Position numbers and translations under genes: made by a program | Part shown: piece by piece, positions 8,898 to 18,792 of the stretch | How the letters are laid out: each line of letters opens with the position of its first letter | How positions within the stretch are numbered: the stretch's first letter is position 1 | Source of the DNA: Longimicrobiales bacterium | Lineage (GTDB): Bacteria > Gemmatimonadota > Gemmatimonadetes > Longimicrobiales > Gaopeijiaceae | Length of the DNA: 64,000 nt | Assembly: GCA_965238005.1 (NCBI GenBank) | Contig: OZ250165.1 | Location: 4,320,001-4,384,000, forward strand | Reading direction: 5' to 3' | Notes under the pieces: generated by a model | What the model saw: only the letters and a program-made list of their open reading frames with translations | What the model was told of the DNA's origin: nothing | Databases searched by the model: none

Positions 8898-11800
8898 ATG
8901 ACTAGCTCCAAGAGGCGTCGCCTTCTCGCCGTGATGTTCACGGATGTGGTGGGCTACACGGCATTGATGCAGCGGGATGAGGAAGCGGCCCGGATCGTCC
9001 GACGACGCCACCGGGAGGTGTTGGAGGCGGCTGTTTCCTCAAACGGTGGTGATCTGCTTCAGTACTTAGGCGATGGAAGCCTCACCACGTTCCCGAGTGT
9101 CGTTGATGCGGTACGCGCCGCGATCGAGGTTCAACGCGGGCTCCGCCAGGAACCCGTCGTCCCGTTGCGGATCGGCATCCATCAGGGTGACATCTCCTAC
9201 GACACCCAGGGCGCTTACGGCGATAGTGTAAACATCGCCTCACGAATCCAGTCACTGGGGCCAGCCGGCAGCATCTTGGTCTCTGCGAAGGCTCATGACG
9301 AGGTCAAGAATCAGCCTGACATCACTACGACCCCTCTCGGTGAGTTCGAGCTAAAGAATGTCGAAGAATCGTTGCAGGTTTACGGGATTGTGGCAGACGT
9401 GCTCACGGTCCCGACTCGCAGTGAGGTTCTTACAAAGATTCGAAGTGCGCCTGACGCTGCGTTGAACATCACAATCCGCCTGAACACGGCTCTCGAGGGC
9501 CGCTACCGCGTAGGGCGTGAGCTTGGCCAGGGCGGCATGGCTACGGTTTACTTGGCCGAGGACCTGAGGCACGAGCGGAAAGTCGCCCTCAAGGTTCTCA
9601 AGCCTCAAGTCGCAGCAGTCGTGGGTGCCGAACGCTTCCTGGCCGAGATCAAGACCACAGCGAATCTCCAGCATCCGCACATCCTGCCGCTGTTCGACTC
9701 CGGCGTGGCCGACGGGTTCTTTTTTTATGTGATGCCCTACGTGGAGGGGGAGAGTCTGCGGGGTAGGCTGGACCGTGACCATCAGCTTCCGGTCGACGAG
9801 GCCGTCCGCATCGCCACGTACATGGCCGAGGCGCTCGACTACGCTCACCGCCGCGGAGTGATCCACCGCGACATCAAGCCGGGGAATGTCCTGATCCATG
9901 ATGGGCAGCCGGTGATCTCTGACTTCGGCATCGCCCTCGCGGTTGGGGCTGCCGGAGGGGATCGGCTTACCCAAACAGGCCTCAGTATGGGAACGCCGTG
10001 CTACATGTCGCCTGAGCAGGCGACCGGCGAACAGACGGTGGGGCCGGCCACAGACACCTACGCGCTCGGGTGTGTCCTGTACGAAATGCTAGTCGGTGAA
10101 CCGCCGTACACGGGCAGAACAGCGCAGGTGATCCTCGGCAAGAGCATCGCGGGGGAACCCGTGTCGGCTACCGAGCACCGTCCATCGGTCCCGGCAAATG
10201 TGGACGCGGCGATCAGAAACGCTCTAGAGAAGCTGCCAGCGGATCGCTTCACGGGCGCTCAGGACTTCGCTAAGGCGCTGGAGGATGAGCACTTCCGGTA
10301 TGGGGAACTGGTAACGGAAGGTGCAAGCGCCGCCGCGGGTCCATGGAAGGGATTGTCAATCGCCTTGGCGGCTGCCTTGGCCGCGACGCTCGGATGGTCG
10401 CTACTCAGCCCCGAACCACCCGCGCCGCTCGCCCGATTCTCGTCACCTTTCGAGGAGGGACAGTTTCCGGCTCCGGCTTCGTTTACGATGGAGTTCATGG
10501 CGGACGGCTCCGCGTTGGTGTACGTGGGACCGGATGCGTCAGGCGGGGGCACGCAGTTGTGGCTACGGCGTTGGGCCGACCTCGATGCAACACCCATTCA
10601 GGGAACAGAAGGTGCGATCGACGTCGCGCTGTCGCCCGACGGGCGAGAGGTGGCATTTGTGGCCCAGCGTGCGTTGCGTGTGGCCCCACTCGACGGTGGC
10701 CCGAGCCGGGCGCTGGTCGAGCTGGACGGCGGGGTCTCGGAGTGGACTTCGGACGGGACTGTGTACTTCACTGAACCCCCCGCCTCACTCGGACTCGCCC
10801 GCATTCCAGCCACAGGCGGAGGTAGCGAGGCAGTCGAGAGCATTACCGAGTTGCTAGAAGGCGAAGCCTACCACGGCTTTCTCAGCGTGCTTCCGGGGGG
10901 AATCATGGGGGTGTTCCAGGTAATGCACTCCCTGACTGGAGAGGACGCTGAGGTCTGGGCCATAGACCTGGACACCCGCGAGAGAAGGTTCCTCACGGCG
11001 GGCACCACACCGCGCTACGCTTCGACGGGGCACTTGCTGTTCGTAACGCCGGACGGTGTCCTCATGGCGCAGCCTATGGACCCAGCCACGGCAGAGCTTA
11101 CTGGCCCGGCCGTCCCGGTGGTAGAGGGTCTCGCGATCAACATCGGCCTTGCAGCCTATGCGGTGTCGGAGAGCGGGACGCTGATCTATTCGGCCGGGGG
11201 CCTGGCTGCGGTTGAGGGGATCTTCGAGCCAGTATGGGTGACGCGCTCAGGCGAGGCGGCACCTGTCGATCCTGGCTGGCGGTTCAACGCCATGGAGGGC
11301 TTCGGATTGAGGCTTTCGTCGGACGGCGCACGGGTGGCTATCACACAGAGGGTTGATGGAAACGAGGATGTCTGGATCAAGCAGCTTCCTGACGGACCGC
11401 TTGAGCGGCTCACATCAGATGACCTGGTCGACGCCTCCCCTTTCTGGAGTCCGAACGGTCAGTTCGTCGCCTACAGTAGGGGGGTACTGAACGGCGACAT
11501 CTGGCAAAGGCGTGCCGACGGGACGGGGTCGCCGCAGCTGGTACTCGACGACGAGCGAAGCCTGTATCAGGGCCGCTGGAGCCCCGACGGCGAGTGGATC
11601 GTATTCCGCACAATTACAGGACCCACACCGTCGTCCGACGACGACATCGTTGGCTTCCGGCCAGGCGTGGACAGCGCCGCGATACCGTTGGTTGCGAGCC
11701 CAGAGTTCTCCGAACAATCCCCGGCCCTATCCCCGAATGGGCGCTGGCTCGCGTACACTTCCGACCGGACAGGTCGGAGGGAAGTCTACGTCACGCCCTT

Positions 11801-12146
11801 CCCTGACGTCGATTCAGACCCAGTGTCAGTCTCGCGGGCCGGGGGACAAGCCCCCCTGTGGGCGCACAGCGGCAGCGAGTTGTTCTTCGTCGATGCCCAG
11901 GGAGGGCTCATTGCGGCTGGGGTAGAGGCGGATTCGGTGTTCCGCATCCTTCAGAGAGAGACGCTTTTCACCATCGGGTCGGAATACCTCCTTCTGGAGG
12001 GTATGGATTTCCACGACATCCGGCCCGACGACGAACAGTTCCTGATGGTACGTGCGGCGGTAGTCAGCGCTGAATCCAGTGGCGATACCCGGTTCATACT
12101 GGTCGAAAACTGGTTCACTGAGCTTCGCGAGCGGATGGGTAATTGA
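8898..12146 (+). CDS. Class III cyclase-like domain + Ser/Thr kinase + TM + TolB/PD40 beta-propeller protein
   Basis: MFTDVVGYT/LRIGIHQGD; GQGGMATVY, HRDIKPGN, DFGIA, YMSPEQ; repeated WSPDG/LSPNG motifs. Confidence 0.9.
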   Translation: MTSSKRRRLLAVMFTDVVGYTALMQRDEEAARIVRRRHREVLEAAVSSNGGDLLQYLGDGSLTTFPSVVDAVRAAIEVQRGLRQEPVVPLRIGIHQGDISYDTQGAYGDSVNIASRIQSLGPAGSILVSAKAHDEVKNQPDITTTPLGEFELKNVEESLQVYGIVADVLTVPTRSEVLTKIRSAPDAALNITIRLNTALEGRYRVGRELGQGGMATVYLAEDLRHERKVALKVLKPQVAAVVGAERFLAEIKTTANLQHPHILPLFDSGVADGFFFYVMPYVEGESLRGRLDRDHQLPVDEAVRIATYMAEALDYAHRRGVIHRDIKPGNVLIHDGQPVISDFGIALAVGAAGGDRLTQTGLSMGTPCYMSPEQATGEQTVGPATDTYALGCVLYEMLVGEPPYTGRTAQVILGKSIAGEPVSATEHRPSVPANVDAAIRNALEKLPADRFTGAQDFAKALEDEHFRYGELVTEGASAAAGPWKGLSIALAAALAATLGWSLLSPEPPAPLARFSSPFEEGQFPAPASFTMEFMADGSALVYVGPDASGGGTQLWLRRWADLDATPIQGTEGAIDVALSPDGREVAFVAQRALRVAPLDGGPSRALVELDGGVSEWTSDGTVYFTEPPASLGLARIPATGGGSEAVESITELLEGEAYHGFLSVLPGGIMGVFQVMHSLTGEDAEVWAIDLDTRERRFLTAGTTPRYASTGHLLFVTPDGVLMAQPMDPATAELTGPAVPVVEGLAINIGLAAYAVSESGTLIYSAGGLAAVEGIFEPVWVTRSGEAAPVDPGWRFNAMEGFGLRLSSDGARVAITQRVDGNEDVWIKQLPDGPLERLTSDDLVDASPFWSPNGQFVAYSRGVLNGDIWQRRADGTGSPQLVLDDERSLYQGRWSPDGEWIVFRTITGPTPSSDDDIVGFRPGVDSAAIPLVASPEFSEQSPALSPNGRWLAYTSDRTGRREVYVTPFPDVDSDPVSVSRAGGQAPLWAHSGSELFFVDAQGGLIAAGVEADSVFRILQRETLFTIGSEYLLLEGMDFHDIRPDDEQFLMVRAAVVSAESSGDTRFILVENWFTELRERMGN

Positions 12147-12320
12147 CCCGTCAGATCCCCTGTTCGCGTCTTCGTGGAAGGCGTGGTGATCGTCGGCAAC
12201 CTGCGGCCAGATACTCAGGGTTCCCCTCCCATCCACTGAGTCCTCGCCAGGCAACCCGAGTTTTTGGGGTCCCGCTTGGGGTCCCATAGGCCTCTTTTCG
12301 CCCCTCAGCTCACCGACACC

Positions 12321-12358
12321 AAAAAGCCGGAAGCCCGGGTAACTCCTGGACTCCCGGC
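12321..12358 (-). terminator. Intrinsic terminator downstream of the tRNA fragment
   Basis: Minus strand GCCGGGAGTCCAGG-AGTTA-CCCGGGCTTCCGGC-TTTTT. Confidence 0.7.
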
Positions 12359-12361
12359 CAG

Positions 12362-12404
12362 TGCCTCGCCAGGGACTCGAACCCCGAACCTACTGATTAA
12401 GAGT
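12362..12404 (-). mobile_element. tRNA-Lys(CTT) 3' fragment (att core)
   Basis: Minus strand ACTCTTAATCAGTAGGTTCGGGGTTCGAGTCCCTGGCGAGGCA; 5' half absent. Confidence 0.85.
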
Positions 12405-12823
12405 TCGACCGGAACATATACGCAGAGTGCCCGTGAGGTAGTCTAAGTTGTGGCGAAGTCTTGGGGCTAGGGGGTCGATTGTCCTCTCGAGGGTTCCCGA
12501 GATTCGACCCGTTTCGGGGAGTTTGGGGTCCCGGTTGGCGTCCCGATGCACCCATCCGTCCTCCGAGACGGACCGTGGGACAGTACCTCCCAAGGAGCTG
12601 ATTCCACCGTCGCGTGCACATGGCGGGACGAGCATCTTTAGGTGCTCAAATCCCGGTCGTCATATGCACAAGGCTGAAAAGGCGCAGCCAGAGAGCCGCA
12701 CCCTCCTACCCACTGTGACTCCCTTCACTCCTTGTCTCTTGCCATGCCCCAACCTACAATGCCATCAGCCTCGGACGCCCGTTGAATCTCCTTCCCCCTC
12801 CCCCACCCAGCGGGGCCCGCCCC

Positions 12824-14509
12824 ATGACCCACCGTCCTTCGTTCCGGCACGCACTCCCGCTCCTGGTGACGGGGGCCGTCCTCCTCGGGCTTGCGGCGGA
12901 TGCGGGCGGCCAGACGCCGCAGGCCGTCCTGCCCGCCCCGCCGCGCGCGGAAGGCGAGGGGCCGTTCGACCGCCTGATCATCCGGGGCGGGACCCTGATC
13001 GACGGGACGGGCGCGCCGCCCCGGGGGCCGGTGGACATCGTCATCGAGGGGAACCGGATTGTCGAAGTCGTGGGCGTCGGTACCCCCGGCCGGCCCATCG
13101 ACCCGGACCGGCGGCCGGGCGGCGCCACGCGGGAGATCGACGCCCACGGCGCCTGGGTGCTTCCGGGTTTCGTCGACGTGCACGTCCACATCGCCGACGT
13201 GAACGCCGGAGGCGACCCGTCGCAAAGCGAGATCCTCAAGGTCCCGGAGGCCGAATACAACTACAAGCTCTGGCTCGGCCACGGCATCACCACGGTCCGC
13301 GGGGTTCCCTTCGGCGAGATGGACTGGTCCCTGAACGAACGGGACCGCAGCGCCCGGAACGAGATCACCGCGCCCCGCTTGGTCTCGTACCACGTACCCG
13401 GCAGCGGCCGGGAATGGGGCGGGCGGCAGATCCTCACGCCCGAGGATGCCCGGGAGTGGGTGCGGTGGGCGGCGGAGAAGGGGATCGACGGCCTCAAGCT
13501 GGATGCCTACCGGCCCGAGATCATGCAGGCGCTGCTAGACGAGGCCGGCCGCCACAGGCTCGGCTCGTCGGCCCACCTCAGGCAGACGGGTGTCGCCCGG
13601 ATGAACGCCCTGGACGCCACCCGTCTCGGCCTCGGCACCGTCACCCATTTCTACGGGATCTTCGAGGCGCTCTACGACGATCACGACGTGCAGCCGTGGC
13701 CGCCGGAGATGAATTACAGTGACGAGCAGCTCCGGTTCGGCCAGGTGGCCCGCCAGTGGAACCTGATCGGTCCCCAGGGCTCGGAGGCGTGGAACGCCCT
13801 CATCGACGAGTTCCTGGAGCTGGACGTGATCCTCGATCCCACGATGACCGCGTACGTGGCGACGCGGGACGTGATGGCGGCCCGCCGGGCGGACTGGCAC
13901 GCGGAGTACACGCTTCCCTCCCTGTGGGACTTCTATGTCCCCAACCCCACCAGCCACGGCTCCTACTTCGCAGACTGGACCACATGGGACGAGGTGGCGT
14001 GGAAGCGGTTCTACCGGACGTGGATGGCCTTCCTCGACGACTACAAGGACGCCGGCGGCCGGGTGACGGTCAGCTCGGACGCCGGCTTCACGTACAACCT
14101 CATGGGCTTCTCGACCATCGAGGAGATGGAGCTCCTGCAGGAAGCCGGATTCCATCCCTTGGAGGTGATCCGGGGGGCCACGCTCCAGGGCGCTGAGGCC
14201 CTCTTCGAGCCCCGGGGCGAGCCCATCCGGTTCGGCGTGGTCCGGCCGCGACTCCTGGCGGATCTGGTGATCGTGGGCGAGAACCCGATCCAGAACCTGA
14301 AGGTCCTTTACGGCACTGGACACGTGCGCCTGGACGACGAGACCGGCAGCCCGGAGCGGGTCGGCGGCGTGACGTACACAATCAAGGACGGGATCGTCTA
14401 CGACGCGAAGGAGCTCCTGGCCGACGTGCGCCGCATGGTCGAGGAGCAGAAGCAGGAGCGCGGGATCACGTCGCTCCCTGGCCCCGAAGCCCGACCCCAC
14501 ATGAGGTAG
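12824..14509 (+). CDS. Secreted amidohydrolase family protein (paralog 1)
   Basis: Signal peptide; IRGGTLIDGTG, PGFVDVHVH, SSDAG, ADLVIVGENP. Confidence 0.9.
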   Translation: MTHRPSFRHALPLLVTGAVLLGLAADAGGQTPQAVLPAPPRAEGEGPFDRLIIRGGTLIDGTGAPPRGPVDIVIEGNRIVEVVGVGTPGRPIDPDRRPGGATREIDAHGAWVLPGFVDVHVHIADVNAGGDPSQSEILKVPEAEYNYKLWLGHGITTVRGVPFGEMDWSLNERDRSARNEITAPRLVSYHVPGSGREWGGRQILTPEDAREWVRWAAEKGIDGLKLDAYRPEIMQALLDEAGRHRLGSSAHLRQTGVARMNALDATRLGLGTVTHFYGIFEALYDDHDVQPWPPEMNYSDEQLRFGQVARQWNLIGPQGSEAWNALIDEFLELDVILDPTMTAYVATRDVMAARRADWHAEYTLPSLWDFYVPNPTSHGSYFADWTTWDEVAWKRFYRTWMAFLDDYKDAGGRVTVSSDAGFTYNLMGFSTIEEMELLQEAGFHPLEVIRGATLQGAEALFEPRGEPIRFGVVRPRLLADLVIVGENPIQNLKVLYGTGHVRLDDETGSPERVGGVTYTIKDGIVYDAKELLADVRRMVEEQKQERGITSLPGPEARPHMR

Positions 14510-14515
14510 CGCACC

Positions 14516-16132
14516 ATGGTCAAGGATCTCTCCTCCCTCCGACGGCTGGTCCCACTCCTGATGGTGGGCGCGCTCCCCGTTTCTTCGCCGGCCGACGCCA
14601 CCGCCCAGGTCCCGGACTTCATCACGCCAGCACCCTCCCGGCAGGAGGGCGATGGGCCCTTCGATCGCCTCATCATCCGGGGCGCCACCGTCATCGACGG
14701 AACCGGCGCTCCGCCGCGGGGCCCCATGGACATCGTCATCGAGGGCGATCGGATCGTGGACATGGTGCAGGTGGGGGCCCCCCGCGTGCCCATCGAGGAG
14801 AGCCGCCGGCCCGGGGGCGCCACGCGGGAGATCGACGCCCACGGCGCCTACGTGCTGCCGGGCTTCATCGACCTCCACGTCCACACAGGCGCTCCGGGGA
14901 AGACGCCCGAGGCCGAGTACATCTACAAGCTCTGGCTCGGCCACGGTATCACCACCGTGCGGGGTGTCGCCTTGGCCGACGGCACGCTCTTCTGGGGGCT
15001 CCGAGAGAAGGAGCGGAGCGCCCGCAACGAGATCACCGCGCCCCGGATGTTCGCGTGCATCAAGAATCCGGACCGGGTGCCCGGCTGGGACGATCCCCAC
15101 CTCCTGACACCGGAGGCGGGACGAGCGTGGGTTCGCTTCGCCGCCGAGAGCGGCGCGGACTGCCTCAAGCTGGGACGCTACTCCGAGGGGATGATGGACC
15201 CTCCCGTCATGAGGGCGATCCTGGACGAAGCCCGGAATCTCGGCCTGGGCACGACTGCCCACCTCCACCAGACCGGCGTGGGACAGATGAACGCCTTGGA
15301 CATGGCCCGGGCCGGCCTCGGCACCCTCACCCACTATTACGGCCTGTTCGAGTCCCTGTACCGGGACGACGACATCCAACCCTTCCCGGTGGACTACAAC
15401 TACGCGGACGAGCAACACCGCTTCGGTCAGGTCGCCCGCCAGTGGAACATGATCCACCCCCAGGGATCGACGGAGTGGAACGACCTCATCGACGAGTTCC
15501 TGGAGCTGGACTTGATCCTCGACCCGACCATGACGGCGTACGTGGCCAGCCGGGACGTGACTCGGGCCCGCAACGCCGACTGGCACGACGAATACACGCT
15601 CCCGTCGCTCTGGGACTACTACCAGCCGAGCCGGGAGAACCACGGGTCGTACTACTATGACTGGACCACGTGGGACGAGGTGGCGTGGAGGAACTTCTAC
15701 CGGGTGTGGATGGACTTCCTGGACGACTACAAGGACGCGGGCGGGCGGGTGACGGTGAGTTCGGACGCGGGCTTCATCTACAACCTCTTCGGCTTCTCGA
15801 CCATCGAGGAGATGGAGCTCCTCCAGGAGGCAGGCTTCCACCCCCTGGAGGTCATCCGGGGCGCCACCATGCACGCGGCCGAGGCCCTCTTCGAGCCCCG
15901 GGGCGAGCCCATCCAGTTCGGCGTGGTGCGGACGGGGCTCCTGGCGGACCTGGTGATCGTGGAGGAGAACCCCATCCAGAACCTGAAAGTGCTCTACGGA
16001 ACGGGGGCCCTCCGCCTGAACGATGAGACGGGCCGCGTCGAGCGCGTGGGTGGCGTGAAGTACACGATCAAGGATGGCATCGTGTACGACGCGAAGGAGC
16101 TCCTCGCCGACGTGCGCCGTATGTCGAGGTGA
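14516..16132 (+). CDS. Secreted amidohydrolase family protein (paralog 2)
   Basis: PGFIDLHVH; C-terminus shorter than paralogs (ADVRRMSR*). Confidence 0.9.
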   Translation: MVKDLSSLRRLVPLLMVGALPVSSPADATAQVPDFITPAPSRQEGDGPFDRLIIRGATVIDGTGAPPRGPMDIVIEGDRIVDMVQVGAPRVPIEESRRPGGATREIDAHGAYVLPGFIDLHVHTGAPGKTPEAEYIYKLWLGHGITTVRGVALADGTLFWGLREKERSARNEITAPRMFACIKNPDRVPGWDDPHLLTPEAGRAWVRFAAESGADCLKLGRYSEGMMDPPVMRAILDEARNLGLGTTAHLHQTGVGQMNALDMARAGLGTLTHYYGLFESLYRDDDIQPFPVDYNYADEQHRFGQVARQWNMIHPQGSTEWNDLIDEFLELDLILDPTMTAYVASRDVTRARNADWHDEYTLPSLWDYYQPSRENHGSYYYDWTTWDEVAWRNFYRVWMDFLDDYKDAGGRVTVSSDAGFIYNLFGFSTIEEMELLQEAGFHPLEVIRGATMHAAEALFEPRGEPIQFGVVRTGLLADLVIVEENPIQNLKVLYGTGALRLNDETGRVERVGGVKYTIKDGIVYDAKELLADVRRMSR

Positions 16133-16465
16133 GCTTCGACCGACAGCGTCCTCAACCCTGTACGAGAACGCCCGGGTGGTCGCAGAGTCCAAGTGTGACG
16201 CTCCAGCCGCGAACGCGGTCACGGTTCGCTTCGGGGTCGAATCGGGAGTCCTCGGATCGTCCCGTTGAAGGCGGATTGCCGGGGGGGGGATTCGCCGAAT
16301 ACGCGAACCGAGGGAGCGGTTGTCCGACTCCCTTGCGGCGCCTTGTGGCCTCCCCGTATTGTCGCGACCACAGGGCTCTTCCCAAGGGGGGTGGACCCCA
16401 ACGCTTGCCCGGCTGCACCCTGTCCGCACCGGGCACGGCAACCCCAACCGCGAGGATCGAGCGAC

Positions 16466-18130
16466 ATGAGACCTCACATCATGATGAAGTACCCATTCCT
16501 GGCTCTGGCGGCCGCGGCCGTCCTGGCCCTGGGGACGGCAACTCCGGCCCAAGCACAGGGGCGGGAGGTGGAGCAGGCCCCTGACCGGGCCCGGGGAGAA
16601 GGCCCCTTCGAACGACTCATCATCCGGGGAGTCAACATGATCGACGGCGCCGGGAGCCCGCCTCAGGGCCCGGTGGACATCGTCATCGAGGGGGATCGCA
16701 TTACCCAGATACGGGGCGTCGGCGCCCCCCTCGTGGAGATCGACGAGGCCCGCCGGCCCGGAGGAGCGACCCGGGAGATCGACGCCCACGGCATGTTTGC
16801 CATGCCCGGCTTTGTGGACATCCACATGCACACCGGCGGCGTGCCTAAAGCACCCCAGGCGGAATACATGTACAAGCTCTGGATGGGCCACGGGATCACC
16901 ACCACCCGGGGCGTCGGATACGGCCCCTTCGAGTGGTCGCTGCGGGAGAAGGCGCGCAGCGTGCGGAACGAGATCACCGCGCCCCGGATGTTCGTGTACG
17001 TGCGCCCCGGCTCGGGTGAGGGGTGGACCGGCGGCTCGCTCAACGACCCGGAGACTGCGCGCGCGTGGGTACGCTGGGCCGCCGAGCAGGAGATCGACGG
17101 CGCAAAGGTCGACGGCCTGAAGCTCGGGTCCTACGACCCGGACATCATGGAGGCGCTCATCGACGAGGCCCACAAGTTCGGCCTGGGCACGGTTGCCCAT
17201 CTAGGGCAGACTGGCGTCGCCCGCATGAACGCCCTCGACGCCGCCCGGATCGGACTGGACGCCGTGACTCACTTCTACGGGCTCTTCGAGGCCTTGTACG
17301 ACGATCGTGACGTCCAGCCCTGGCCGGTGGACCAGATCAACAACGACGAGCAGCAACGCTTTGGCGAGGTGGCCAGTCAGTGGAACATGATCCACCCACA
17401 GGGCTCGGACGAGTGGAACGCCCTCATCGACGAGTTCCTGGAGCTGGAATTGATCCTCGACCCGACCATGACGGCGTACGTGGCGACGCGGGACGTGATG
17501 CGGGCCCGCAACGCCGACTGGCACGCCGAATACACGCTCCCGTCGCTCTGGGACTACTACCAGCCGAACCGGGTGAACCACGGCTCCTACTACTACGACT
17601 GGACCACGTGGACCGAGTTGACGTGGAAGAGCTTCTACCGCGTGTGGATGGCCTTCCTGGACGATTACAAGGACGCCGGCGGCCGGGTGACGGTCAGTTC
17701 GGACGCGGGCTTCACCTACAACCTCTTCGGCTTCTCGACCGTCGAGGAGATGGAGCTCCTCCAGGAAGCGGGCTTCCACCCCCTGGAGGTCATCCGGGCC
17801 GCCACCCTGCACGGGGCCGAGGCTATCTTCGAGCCGAAGGGTGAGCGCATCGAGTTCGGGATCCTCCGGCCGGGCATGAAGGCCGACATCGCGATCGTGG
17901 GGGAGAACCCCATCCAGAACCTGAAGGTGCTCTACGGGACCGGGGCGGTCCGGCTCAACGACGAGACGGGCATGGCCGAGCGCGTCGGCGGCGTCCTGTG
18001 GACGATCAAGGACGGCATCGCCTACGACGCAAAGGAGCTCCTGGCCGACGTGCACCGCATGGTCGAGGAGCAGAAGCGGGAGCGGAGAGTCACCACGCTG
18101 CCAGACGTGCCGTGGGCGGGACGAAACTGA
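16466..18130 (+). CDS. Secreted amidohydrolase family protein (paralog 3)
   Basis: Signal peptide (…TPAQA), PGFVDIHMH; start inferred. Confidence 0.9.
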   Translation: MRPHIMMKYPFLALAAAAVLALGTATPAQAQGREVEQAPDRARGEGPFERLIIRGVNMIDGAGSPPQGPVDIVIEGDRITQIRGVGAPLVEIDEARRPGGATREIDAHGMFAMPGFVDIHMHTGGVPKAPQAEYMYKLWMGHGITTTRGVGYGPFEWSLREKARSVRNEITAPRMFVYVRPGSGEGWTGGSLNDPETARAWVRWAAEQEIDGAKVDGLKLGSYDPDIMEALIDEAHKFGLGTVAHLGQTGVARMNALDAARIGLDAVTHFYGLFEALYDDRDVQPWPVDQINNDEQQRFGEVASQWNMIHPQGSDEWNALIDEFLELELILDPTMTAYVATRDVMRARNADWHAEYTLPSLWDYYQPNRVNHGSYYYDWTTWTELTWKSFYRVWMAFLDDYKDAGGRVTVSSDAGFTYNLFGFSTVEEMELLQEAGFHPLEVIRAATLHGAEAIFEPKGERIEFGILRPGMKADIAIVGENPIQNLKVLYGTGAVRLNDETGMAERVGGVLWTIKDGIAYDAKELLADVHRMVEEQKRERRVTTLPDVPWAGRN

Positions 18131-18219
18131 CGCCCGCCCGATCTTCCACGATTCGGATGCCCCGAGAATCCGCGTGGATTGAGTTCTTCGGAGCACGCTG
18201 GGCGCACTGAGGAGGCCGA

Positions 18220-18255
18220 GACGCCCCCCACACTTCGGTCGGTGTGAGGGGCGTC
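18220..18255. terminator. GC-rich hairpin after the amidohydrolase triplet
   Basis: GACGCCCCCCACAC-TTCGGTCG-GTGTGAGGGGCGTC; no clear U-tract. Confidence 0.45.
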
Positions 18256-18529
18256 GAGCGTCAGCACTGAGCGCCGGCGTGTATTGGAAGTTGAGCTCCA
18301 GCGTCGGTGGGAGCTGCGCTCCCTGACGACTACCGTGACCCACCTGTGGGTGGCGAGAACCAAATCATTGGTGTTTCACCGGGTGAGATGGGGGGATTGT
18401 CGATGGCGAGTCACGGGGTCGGGCATGTGCACCTCGTAGCCATGTATGCTAGAGGGTCATGATATGGTGTGGTAGGCGTTCGCGCTCATCCAGACGTCCT
18501 CCGAAGAGCGCCCAATCACGGCGGATCTT

Positions 18530-18709
18530 GTGTGCCACCGGTGTGCCAACTCAGCCAAACGGGGCAGACCAGAGAAATGCGGAGCGCAAGACCAACCTCA
18601 CGTAAGTGCCATCCGAGAATACACTTACGGCACTGAGCCAACCTCAACAGAACTCAGCAAAACCGCCCGAATAATGAATGGGGTTCAGGGGGTCGCCGTG
18701 ACGAATCCG
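18530..18709 (+). mobile_element. att-site scar with a tRNA-Pro(GGG) fragment
   Basis: GTGTGCCA direct repeat (18530, 18541), CGTAAGTG/CACTTACG inverted repeat (18601-18629), TGAATGGGGTTCAGGGGGTCGCCG..CGAATCCG at 18675-18709. Confidence 0.65.
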
Positions 18710-18792
18710 TGGTTCGAGACGTTCACGACAATGCCCCCCGGCAGTCATAGCTTCGGGGGGCCTGTCTGCTAGAGACCGAAGGGCAGAACCGG

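Larger units (their letters stand above)
12264..12544. mobile_element. attP-like site: paired arm-type repeats flanking a tRNA-Lys 3' core
   Basis: TTGGGGTCCC at 12264 and 12276; TTGGGGTCCC at 12523 and TTGGCGTCCC at 12535 (12-bp period on both sides); tRNA fragment at 12362-12404. Confidence 0.7.

Noticed and set aside
16121..16132. TGA at the end of amidohydrolase 2 as selenocysteine
   Set aside because: Explained by a 1-bp deletion relative to the paralogues; does not align to a Cys.
13535..17200. 1221-aa minus-strand ORF
   Set aside because: Antisense shadow of the amidohydrolase triplet; its internal repeats mirror the plus-strand paralogues and it has no recognisable motifs.
5971..18709. 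Complete tRNA genes (Ile, Lys, Pro)
   Set aside because: Only anticodon-to-3' portions are present; no D arm or 5' acceptor strand.
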